From assembly GCA_043228905.1 (NCBI GenBank), contig JBHGNT010000005.1, forward strand, positions 16,802,001-16,866,000: a DNA stretch of 64,000 bases, in the 5' to 3' direction. Numbering within the stretch: the first letter of the stretch is position 1; every line of letters begins with the position of its first letter. The DNA comes from Azolla caroliniana (Eukaryota; Plantae; Polypodiophyta). Of this stretch, positions 1-10,848 are shown in pieces. The position numbers and the translations under genes were made by a program. Below the pieces are notes generated by a model. That model ran no database searches. It was not told the origin of the DNA and saw only the letters and a program-made list of their open reading frames with translations.

Positions 1-86
1 AAGCAACATGTGTCACACCAAGTGGTGCATGTAAACTAGTACTACCCAACAAAAAGAATAAGTGTCAGATACAAGACTTCGAGAAG

Positions 87-1905
87 ATGCTAGAAGAAGA
101 AAACATAATAGAAGAAGAAGAATTCGTGACTCATATTATGGAAGAAGCCTCATTTAACGACACCATCGGCGAAATCGAGGAAGTTGTGGACTTGAGCTAT
201 CTTCACAATCAACACGTGATTTCGATTAACTCCGTCAACATGTATACTATCATCGATGAATACCATCGACACATCTTGATGGAGGAAGCTGAAGTCATGG
301 CAAAATATAAAACGGTAGATAGGAAGATCAAGCCAGTTGCGGTTCCGCTACCGGAAGATAGTTGGCAAAAGATGAAGGAAGTCGCTAATGATCCAAGCTT
401 AAGGGATCCGAAGGCAATAGGTCATGTCTTCACCGAAGAGACGAAAAAGAGGCTACGAATTGGAAGGGAGGATTTCCTCCTCCCTGAAGAGGAGCGAATG
501 TTTCGCGACATGCTTGAGAGACATGGGAAGGCCTTTGCATTTTTCCCAGAAGAAATCGGATGTGTTGATCCAAGGACAATAGAGCCGATGGTAATCTTTA
601 CGGTGCCGCAAGTGCCTTGGAATTTGAAACCAATACCAGTTCCGAGAGCACACACACCGAAGCTGATCGAGCTCTTAAAGGAGAAGGAGAATATGGGAAT
701 TCTGGAACCGTCGAAGGCTCCTTATTCTAATAGGTGGTTCCCGGTGTTGAAGAAGGATGGATCATTGCGATTCATCCAAAATCTTCAACTTGTCAACAAG
801 GTGACAATTTGGAATGTTGGAATCGGTCCAATCGTGGACGAATTTGCCGAAGTGTTTGCGGGCCGGTCCATCTACTCCATTGGTTATCTCTACTCTGGAT
901 ACGACCAATTCCAGTTAGCAATCGACACTCGTGACATTACAACCATGAGGACTCTGATCAGGCTTGTGTGGATGTGTACCTTACCGCAAGGTGCAACAAA
1001 CTCAGTGGCTCATATGGTGAATGCCATGAACAAGGTTTTGAAGGATTGCATCTCGGACATCACGATGCCATTCTTGGATGATATTCCGATAAAAGGATGT
1101 TCAGATGAGGAGAAGGTTGAATCGAAAAATAAGGAAGGGTGTAGAAAGTTCATTGTAGATCATATGAAAGATTGTGAGAAGGTGCTCCAAAAGCTCGAAG
1201 ATGCGAAATTGACATTTTCAGGAGAAAAATCTGCATTCAGGCAATCAGAGATCTTGGTGGTAGGTCACTTATGTGAGCATACGGCTGGAAGCCTTCACCA
1301 TCCAAGGTTAATGTGATCCAAGACATGAAAGAAGAATGCGTAAACCAAATGGATGTTCGAAGGTTCCTTGGAGCATGCGCGTTTTATCATATCTGGATTC
1401 CGCACTATGCTCATGTCGTCGAGCCATTATATGGATTGCTAAAGAAAAAAATGAAGTTCGAATGGCGAGACAAGCATACAAACGCGATGCAAAGATTGAA
1501 GAAACTAATTCTTGAAGCTCCAACACTAAGGAAGGAAAGCCGATTTATGTGACTATAGATACGAGCCCAACCGGAATCGCGTGGGTCATCAACCAAAAAG
1601 GAGAAGATAATGCGCGGTATGCCATCCGGTTCGGACCAAAGGTTCTCAGCGAACGACACCAAAGATACGCCCAAGTCAAGCGAGAACTTTGGGGTATTGT
1701 GTCTACAGTGAAGATGGACAAAGACTACCTAATCGGGTCGGAAGTGATAATTGAGATAGATTGTCTCCCAATCATCGGCGGAAGACCAGGAGACGCTAAC
1801 CCTCCATGTCTTCAACGAGGACGAGTACAAAGGAGAGTGGTTACTGATCGGAAGATTCTTAAGAACAATGACGACAAATGCTTCATTGACGAAAGAGGAG
1901 GCTCT
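87..1905 (+). pseudogene. Gypsy pol fragment (RT-RNase H), frameshifted
   Basis: ORFs 87-1316, 1313-1552 and 1549-(1905) carry RT and RNase H motifs in different frames. Confidence 0.88.
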
Positions 1906-1937
1906 ATCACCGGGTCATTTGAAACAGGTAATATGTC
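1906..1937 (+). repeat. Left TIR of DNA transposon copy 1
   Basis: Reverse complement of 9453-9484, with one mismatch at the second base. Confidence 0.93.
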
Positions 1938-2232
1938 GCATTATGAGAACACTACGTCGAAAAAGGGCACAAAAGCACGCAGTTTTCAAAAAGACACGAC
2001 GCATGCGTAAAGCTTTTCAGAAAAGGTGGTAAAATATATTGAATTTCAACATGGCTACCACTTTGAGGCATAAGTAAAATGCCTCCAAAAATACATCACC
2101 AAAATTACAAAATAATGTACAACATGTCTACCAGTTACAATTATACATATTCGTGAGTTTACATCCAAAAAAAATTTACAAAGTTTCCGATCATGTAGTA
2201 AAACAATCCCCAACTTGAACCAAACCAATATA

Positions 2233-4905
2233 TTAAGACATGTCTGATGGACTAGAAGAGCATTCTGACGTCTCATCCTCATCATCAGTGGCAATCAAAG
2301 CATTATCCTCATCCAATTCCAACCCAACATCTTTGTGGTTATGAGAATTGCTTCTGGTTATTCTCTGTATTTCGTTTGACACCATGTTTGGGATTTTCTC
2401 CTTTATTATCTTGATAGTTGCTAGTCTTAGATGACCTGATTTTGTCAATGAGAAGTCATATACTAGTATGTCAACACGGTCTAGTGCAAGAGTAGCCGTG
2501 CTCGGTATATTCTTTCTTCTTCTCTTTCTGCTTGAATATCCGACATCCTTAACCATCTCTAAAGAATACTTTCCTGTAAATGCATCAGGTGAATTTGTCT
2601 GATACCAGTGGACTACTATTGACTTTGTCTGACTACTTTCTTCATCCCTTACTAGTTCAATAATTTTTGCAATCCAAAATGGATGGCCCAAGGTATCGTC
2701 CCCTACTAATGTTGCAACCAACATTCCCACTTGTAGTTCTTGCAAATTACCTTGCCATCTTGCCTCAACAGTATGTGACTTTCTTGGTCCCACATAAATA
2801 TCTCTTTGCAGTGGCCGAACTAAATCATGAAGCTCCATATTATTCGATTGTTGGTGATGACTCTGCGATATCGTTGATGTCATCCCAATGTTCCATGTGA
2901 ATGGGATACGGATTGGCCATAAACCGGCGATGTAATTATCTAAAATGGTGCGTTGATGGGTGAAGAAAATCTCCCACCATTCAACATCCTCATCACCGGC
3001 ATACTTCTTAGTCCGATCAATATTATTTTGTTTCTCTGCTAGACATCTCAACCAATATGCCCTTTGTTCATCAATAGTACTATTTGGTGCTACATTTTTA
3101 CGATCATCATATGGCATTTGTTGTGCACCATGTAGAGGTTCATCTGGGATATGAAGAAGGAGCCTACAACCTTCTTGGGGCTCCCATTGTGCACTAGATG
3201 AGTATTGTTTCGCAAACAACACCGTCATCTTTAGGTGGGCCGATCTTTGTTTTATGAGGAAGACATGGTTGAAACTTATATTATTAAGAGGTGCAAGCAC
3301 CCTACCTTTAGTCCCGTCACTATGCATGCAGAAACGTTTAAAGTCGTATACTTCTTCCAAGTGTTGTACTTCAGGCTTTGGTGTATATGCTTCACTAATC
3401 AATTTGGATAGCGTGGGAAGTGTGAAAGCATTACAGCGAGGAAGTTTCTTTGAGAACCTATTGAACATTTGATCTATGTGATCATGGGTATGACCAACCA
3501 ACAAGAAGTTAACCTTTATCTTTTTAAATATGCCCCTCTCTACTAGCATGCTTAGATAGCCGAAGACAGTTGAGTTCTTATTCTCTCTTGCTGTGTTGTC
3601 TAGTTGCACATATAGAACTGGCGGGAGTATACCTGACCATGATTGCAATACCCTGTGCATGACAGTGACAGTAAGATTAGGGTCGTTGTGGATATTGGGA
3701 TAAGTTAAGAACACTTGCGGTCTTATAGTTTGACAATATGTCAAACAACCCACTAGATGCATTTGCACGAGACACTCATCTCCAATATCCTTGGGGAGTC
3801 TTTGAAAATGCGGCAAACAAGTTTTCTTTTGATCCATGCCATCAATAATCATGCACATATACTTTTCGGGAGATTGAAACGCTTTTTGTCGGTGATGCAT
3901 AGCCTTAGTACGTTCCAATGCCTGACTTTCACGATGTTCTTTTAACAGGTTCTTGTAATTCTTGATCTCTACATCTGATTTTCCACCCTTGGCCATACTT
4001 TTTAAACTCGCACATATTGAGTAGACTCCCATTCGCACCTTTCGTGGGATAACCACGTTATTAAATTGTAACCTCCATAGTCGATTAAAATGCATGTACT
4101 ATATGTAAGGCTCAACATCGGAAGACATGTCGTCCTTGTACGATTGGTAAACTTCCTTTCGAGTAAAGTTATCTGACAAATGAAGTCTTCCTGTCGTTGG
4201 CATAACTTCGCACTGTTTTGAAAAATATACCTCCATCCACCTAATTGCCTGTTGCCCAATTTGACCCTTACATCCAGAACCATTTTGATCGAACTGTACC
4301 CAGGAGCCCTTCAAAAGTCGCTCTTGAACTCGTTGCAGCCGCATATTTCCAATGCTATGAGTGATTTTAAAAGCTGCTCGACAACACTTGGTATTTAGTC
4401 CAAGGAAATATTCAACTTGCGTTGAATTAGGCCCTGCTTTGTGATCCAATTTAAGTTGCATATGCGCAAGAAGAAATGTATCTTGCTCTTCCCCATTAAG
4501 CGACAAGTATTTTTGTCGCGTTTCATGTAACCTTGACTTTCCATAAGTTGATAGACAGAGATTCGCACAACACGATTTGTTCAAGTCGCATAGAAGTTGA
4601 CGATCAGAACATAAGAAATTAAATCTCTTTTCACTAACTTGTCGAGGAACTCTTTTAAATGCTAGAGGTTTAGTAATGCTATTGTTATCTATCGATGAAG
4701 AATCGTCCGCTTGTAAGCTTGCATGAAGAGAGCCATCAACGGGATCAATTGAAAACAGAGAATTCGAAGTACTAGGAGCCACACTTTTCTATTTAAGCCG
4801 CGAATGTTTTTTGTGGTCGTACTCTTCTATTGAGAAATACGAGTTGTCTGACAATGAAAAGGGGGCAATAGAAAAAAGAGATGTTCTACTTGTAGAAGAA
4901 GACAT
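2233..4905 (-). pseudogene. DDE-type transposase (Sola/DUF7869-like), ~890 codons with two in-frame TAG stops; C-terminal BAH/Tudor-like domain
   Basis: The ATG at 4905 is in frame with ORFs 4099-4782 and 2233-4095. Motifs: IIDGMDQKK, VQLDNTARENKN, FLLVGHTHDHIDQMF, Cys clusters (CCxxxC, CxxC), and C-terminal GMLVA..PFWIAKI..VHWY. Confidence 0.82.
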
Positions 4906-5354
4906 TTGAGGGAGTCGAACTGTATTCTAAAACCTTCTTTTGAGAAAATTAAGGAATACTAAAGCCTAACTATATAACTACCCGAACACTTAGATTAACT
5001 ATATTATTTTCCGAAATTTTCCTAAAAAACAAATAATTAAAAATTATTTTTTATTTTAAAAGGAATGCTAAAGTCTTCTATATAAGGAGGTTAGAAATTT
5101 CATTTTCATTATCACGTGAAAGAATCCATCGAGCTCAGAGCACAGGCCAATTTTTGAGCACTCATATGCACATCGTCGACAGCACTACCTCCGGCACGAA
5201 CCATGAACAAGGGAAAGAAAATCGTCAGGTTAGTAATATTCTTTGCATTTTTTAAGATTCCTAAAGATTCCTTAAAGATTCCTTTCCTCAACACATAGAA
5301 ATTTTATTTTATTTTGTACAACGAACTTGGAAAGCAATTTTGAAAGGCAGGACC

Positions 5355-5395
5355 TTCAACCAAAATCCGATGCACTGCATCGGATTTCGGTTGAA
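5355..5395. repeat. 41-bp palindrome TTCAACCAAAATCCGATGCA-C-TGCATCGGATTTCGGTTGAA
   Basis: Arms are complementary apart from one mismatch. It lies between the transposase start and the main MTase exon. Confidence 0.85.
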
Positions 5396-5483
5396 AACAA
5401 TGTTGTTTTTGCGATAAAAAACTATCGCATGGGACCATAAAATTGATGTAATTTAAATGATAATTTGCGTGATTTAGATAAAA

Positions 5484-8400
5484 TTGTACGTTGTTTCTAT
5501 GTTTTCACCAACGTTTTTAATTTCAGTGAACCCAGACAAAAAGTTCCTTCATTTAGATCCGACAAAACGAGAATCTGGCTCCTTCATCAAGGACACGAGT
5601 AAAAAGATTTTATTTGACTCAACGGGGGAAGGAGGATCCAAGTCATCTGTGGCTACTACCAAAATCAACAAAGGTAGTACGCAAGAGGAGAAAACGGTTG
5701 AGGTGAAATATAAGGATTACCCCAAACTTGAATGGTGTCTCTCTTATGTCGAGGAGGATGGGGTGTTGTTATTGATAACGGCAAAATCGGACGGGGAAGG
5801 GAAACTTCAGCTTGGAAAAACATTTAATTACGGGCATGTAACCAAGCTAGAGTACGAAGACATTGATTCTACATGTATTTTAATCGACGTCTCGAGCTCA
5901 GTTGGCAACAGGCGATTGCGACTTGATGAGGGAAACCTAGTACCCGAATCTTGCAATCCCAAGGCTTTGCATAAAGACCTGCAAACAAAAAATAACTTGT
6001 TGGTAGCTCTTCGGCCGTACGTGACAGGAGAGATGATGACCGGTGAAGCAGAAACTCCACCGAAAAAGTCTAGGAAGACAAATCCTGTTCAAAAGAAATA
6101 TACTAAACGACCACGACCCGAAGAAGAAGAAGAAGAAATATTAGAGTTCGTGGAAGAAGAAGACGACCAACAAGTCGACGTCGTGGCTCCAGGCGGACAA
6201 CTATCTTCTGGTGTCCTGACGTTAGAACAAAATAAAATAAGAGAAAATATTGTGAAGACTAAACTTGTGCGCAGGGGCCAGCTATTTCATTTGCCGATTA
6301 CTTCTATCCAAAGGCCCCTCATTGACCCCGTGACTAGAAGACGTCCCTTGGAAATTAGGGAGCCGCACTCCGTCCATGTGCTAAACCTGAAAAGCAAAAT
6401 GAAAATCAATCGTCACGCTACTGTGGTGCCATTTTTGGTAATGGTTGATCAAGAACAATGCCCAACAGTAGCAGATTTCAAGTATAGCTCTGCAGACGAT
6501 TACACATACTATGTAATCGGAGGATCACATTCGGCCGAAGCTCGACGACAACTTGTCAAAGAATATCCTCTCACGCCGTTCTTCAAGTACGCCGAATGTA
6601 AGGTATATGCAGGACTAACTCACGAGGAGGCGAAGCTGCTCACATGGGACCATAACAATGACAACGATTATAGGCAAAAGATGTCATGTATAGAGAGGAT
6701 AAGATTTTTTCATCATGAATACCTGGAGGCCTTGAATCGTTTTGGTCCAAGATTGTGGCCTGGATTGCGACGCCAGTGTTTATTGGAAGTAGGGATTGCA
6801 GTGGATGAGAGTACCAAATCCGAAGGTCTCCGAAAATATGATTCTTGGTTTCAACTAGCTTTTCGGACCGGAGAGGTGTGGGATCTACAAGACAAAATAT
6901 TCTCTATGTGGGAGCGGAAAGAAGTCAAGGGGCAAAGATCAAAAAAGGGAAGAATTGATCCACAAGTTGAGATGAAATCAAAGACCAAGGGAAAAAGCGA
7001 CTTGGTAATCGAGGAGTTAGCAGAGGACATGAAACTTTTACCTTGGAGATCATTACAAGGTATCAAAGATGATAGATTGTTAATATCCGTGCTATCTCGA
7101 GTGGTCGCCAAGGAATTTAGTTTGGACGAGATGGTAACAGACTTGCAAAAGTAAGTGTTTATAGTATACCTTTTCATGAAAGTCTTCAATTATTTTGAAT
7201 ATCTTATTTCTAATTTCGTATTGATTGTGCAGTCACAAGGTATACATGAGGATTCAGGAGTTGATGATGCAAAAACTGAGTTTACCGACATGGGAAGAAG
7301 TTGAACAAGCCTGCACGATAACTTCTTCCTACAACGCATTGGAGGAATATTTTATTGTATTTAGAGAATGGGTATGTGTCTTTTGAATGTTGATATGTTA
7401 GAAACTAATGTTCCCTGCTAACAACAATGACACTTGCAGAAACCATCAAAATCGAAAAAGAACAACGACAATAATGACGGTATTCCAGCAGCCTTCATCA
7501 CGCACTTAGAATGTGCGAAATATGAGAAGAGAATGACCAAAGGGAAGGAAATGGAACTGCCTGAGGATTCGGAGACTGTAAAGAGTTTTTTGCATAGGTC
7601 TGATCCTTTCAAACAGCTTCATTATAGTGTTTTCAATGGCGAAGTATCCCAGATGCTCGAACTGTTACCGAGAAGGCACTACACTTTGCTGATAGCTGAC
7701 ATACCATATGGTTTCCGTATTGCGGGATCAACATATGATGATGTGCCTTTCAAGTACCCTCAGATCGAGAAAATGGTAAAGGATTTCGCAGAACTGACAT
7801 TGGCCCCCTTGTGGAGGATAGTCATATTTCATAGCATGGGGCAATCACTGTCAGTCACAACAGCTTTGAAGTCCCATTGTCATGCCACTGAACACATGCA
7901 TTGGTGCGTTATAGTTCGCTTTTACTCATTACAGTACTTCTTATTATATGTACACATTTACACCTCTAATACTTGATTTTCTTTCTTTATAGGATCAAAA
8001 CAAATATTACACGTAGCCTTGGCGATTGAATGGTTAGTGCGGTCGAACATTTTTGTGTGGGCTACTATGATTCAATTACAAAGAAGAAGGCTAGAGCACA
8101 TGTCAATGAGCGTAACGTGGTTAACTACATCATGTGCCCAACTGTTACCAAAAAATTAAGACATGTGTCAGGGGATAAAAGTATGGTGAACCCTTATCAA
8201 AAACCTCAAAGATTGATCAACCACCTCATAGAGCTCTTCTCGAATCTAGATGATTGGGTCCTAGACTTGTTCTCTGGCACAGGTATAATATATATATTTA
8301 ATTTCAATCCTGTTGATCAAGTTTAAGACATTACTTCTTATATATACTTGTTTGTGTTCATGCGACCATTAGGTACAACGACAGCTTGTGCATTGAAGAT

Positions 8401-8721
8401 GTTTAGAAACTGTGTTGCATTGGAGAGGACCCTGCTCAAGTTAACTTCATCAAAATGAGGATCACAAGAATCTGGGACTGTCCAGATCAGGATCATGAAG
8501 TCGGAGCAAAACACATCAACGAGACAGAGATGTTCCAGATGACTTCATGAGAACCAATGGAACCAATTGATGAAGAAGCAGGGGAGCTGGTGGACCTGGA
8601 AGATGTAGCACAGTTTGACCATACATCAGATTCGGGAGAGCTTGGAGATGACACGAATGAAAACAGTCTAGAACAATCAGCGCCAGAGGAGCCTGCTCTG
8701 CCTGATTTGCTTATAGATTGA
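5484..8721 (+). pseudogene. Spliced gene: ParB/Srx-like domain plus beta-class N6A/N4C DNA methyltransferase (copy 1). The true 5' exon is unresolved
   Basis: GT-AG introns at 7151-7232, 7372-7439, 7904-7992 and 8283-8372. The spliced product has YYVIGGSHSAEARRQL (ParB-like), IADIPYG (motif IV), WIKTN..E, and YQKPQRL..WVLDLFSGTGTT..ALKMFRNCVALE (motifs X-I-II). It is disabled by TGA at ~8027, a 1-bp frameshift at ~8426 and a later TGA. Confidence 0.85.
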
Positions 8722-9452
8722 TGTAGATGGCGTAATGTAAAAATTGAGGATTTTGAGGCATAATGTTCACCATCACTTCATATTATATTTGTATATGAGA
8801 ACATTTGTAATTGTTTATCGTTTAATTAAATTCACCTGTTCATAATTTCCCTTTTTAATCATTATTGGAACCGTAGTTTGTATTTACATATAATTGGTCA
8901 CCATGTTCTTCTTCAGTTTGAGATATTAACATGATATCATAATTTCTCATTTCCGTTAGCATGACTGTATATGAAAAGGTGAATGTTTTTGATAATAAGA
9001 GGTTTTTAGTTACCTACGGTTCAAGTCTACTGGTTCCACATAGTATAAATGAATGTCGTACGTAATTGTTACTCTTACCAATTACATTGTCATGAACTAT
9101 ATGACATTATACAATGAAACTATCGATATACCCGTCCAACAAGTGGGGTACTACTTTATTCCTAAACCCAAAACCACATATTTATAATTACGGTTTATGT
9201 AGTTTTACTCTACAATTTGAATATGGATACCAATTTTAGAACTTTATATTGAACCAAGTCTTCAATTGTGCTCCATGATATGCAAATTGACACGAATGTG
9301 GACACATATACAATTTAGTAATTGCTAGGTTTTTTTTGTTCTATATTTAACCATCAAGTCGCAAAAGGGGTACACATGCATCGTATATTTTTGATATCAG
9401 GCTAAAATAGGGTACTTTTCTACATCTGGCCAACTATGCCAAAAGAGAATAT

Positions 9453-9484
9453 GACATATTACCTGTTTCAAATGACCCGGTGTT
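9453..9484 (-). repeat. Right TIR of DNA transposon copy 1
   Basis: GACATATTACCTGTTTCAAATGACCCGGTGTT followed by the TSD CTCT. Confidence 0.93.
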
Positions 9485-9488
9485 CTCT

Positions 9489-10767
9489 ACGAATCCGGAA
9501 GAAAGCTTACCAATACTTCCTGAAGGGAGGATTCCTCTAGCTACACCCAAAAAGAAGGACAGGAATGCCACGTCGAGTGGTGGTGAAGAAAGAAGATCAA
9601 GTGACGATGATGACCGAATTCCACGAGAATCCTTGGGCGGGTCATAGAGGAACACGAGCGACATTCGAAAAGTTGAAGGAAAAGTACTGGTGGCCAAGCA
9701 TGTACAAAGATATACTCCATTTCGTGTCCACATGCGAAACTTGCCAAGTACATTCGAACATATGTCATCGTGATGAGTTGCAGCCGACATACCCGCTCAC
9801 CATACACTTCAAATGGATGGTGGATCTGGTCTCGATGCCAATGGAAGTGGTATAAATGAAGTACTTAGTACTAGCAAGAGAAGACGTAACAAAGCAAGTG
9901 GAAGGACGGGCCTTGGCAAATAAGACGACGTCAGTTGTTTGAAAATTTCTACTCGAAGAGGTTGTCTGCTGATACGGATGTGTGGGGAAGATAGTGGCCG
10001 ATCGAGTGGAGTTGGATGCACACGAAGCAACGGAGCTCTTTGATCGACTAGGCGTGAAGCTCTCCCTCACGACTGCGTACAATCCAGAAGTGAATGGGAA
10101 GATCGAGCGAGGGCATGGACCAATCGTCAAAGCCATTGTACGGGCATGCAACAGTTGAGTCGGGAACTGGCCACAACTATTGCCCTATGCCTTGTGGGCC
10201 GAGAAAACTACACACAGTTCAATGACAGGGTGTATGCCAACAGAGCTTATGTATGGACAAAAGCCGGTAATGCCCATCGAAAGGATGATCGCCTCATGGG
10301 TAGTGATACCATGGGAGAACGAGATGAGCTGAGAAGAATTATTAGCGGCATGGATAAGGCACCTTGAAAGAGGGCCTGAAGATCTAGAAAAAGCGCAAAA
10401 GATGATGAAGGCAGCCTGAGTGAAGAACAAAATTCAGTTCAACAAGAGACATCGACAGCGTCCCAAGAAGATCGAAGAAGGAGATTGGGTATTGGTCTAC
10501 GATAGCAGCCTTGATAATCAACACAGGACAACAAGAAAGTTTGCAAGAAGATGGTTCGGACCGTATATTGTGACAAGTGCCAACGACAATGCCACATACC
10601 ACCTTGCAGTGCTAGATGGATCAAGGGTGGCCATAGCCATTGCGGGAAAAAGAGTAAAGATTTTCAAGAAAAGACAAGAAGGGGATCCTGACCTCGATCA
10701 CCTCGACGATGAAGATGGTAGGACCGAACCTACAGACTTGAGTTATGTAAACGAGGACATGGAGTAA
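9489..10767 (+). pseudogene. Gypsy family A integrase fragment
   Basis: HHCC zinc finger, catalytic-core remnants and a WFGPY motif, with several stops. Confidence 0.85.
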
Positions 10768-10848
10768 TCTGATTAATCATCGTAGCTAAAATCTCACACT
10801 CTCTCTTCTTGGCACGTACCAGAGGACATGCGGTTTGGTGGGGGTGGA

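Larger units (their letters stand above)
1906..9484. mobile_element. TIR DNA transposon copy 1 (Sola/DUF7869-like), ~7.6 kb, carrying a transposase and a ParB-MTase cargo gene
   Basis: Perfect 30-bp inverted repeat core CACCGGGTCATTTGAAACAGGTAATATGTC at 1908-1937 and 9453-9482, with termini ATCAC...GTGTT. The TSD is CTCT (1902-1905 / 9485-9488). Removing the element restores GAGGAGGCTCTACGAATCCGG, matching the uninterrupted family-A copy at ~55396-55416 (minus strand). Confidence 0.93.

Noticed and set aside
5484-8721. Bacterial contamination or a restriction-modification system
   Set aside because: The gene has GT-AG introns conserved in two copies and lies in a TSD-flanked element inside plant-type retrotransposons. 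No restriction endonuclease is evident.
1908-9482. CACTA/EnSpm assignment from the CACC..GGTG core
   Set aside because: The termini extend to A(A/T)CAC..GTGTT with a 4-bp TSD in both copies, and the transposase motifs are not Tnp2/Transposase_21-like.
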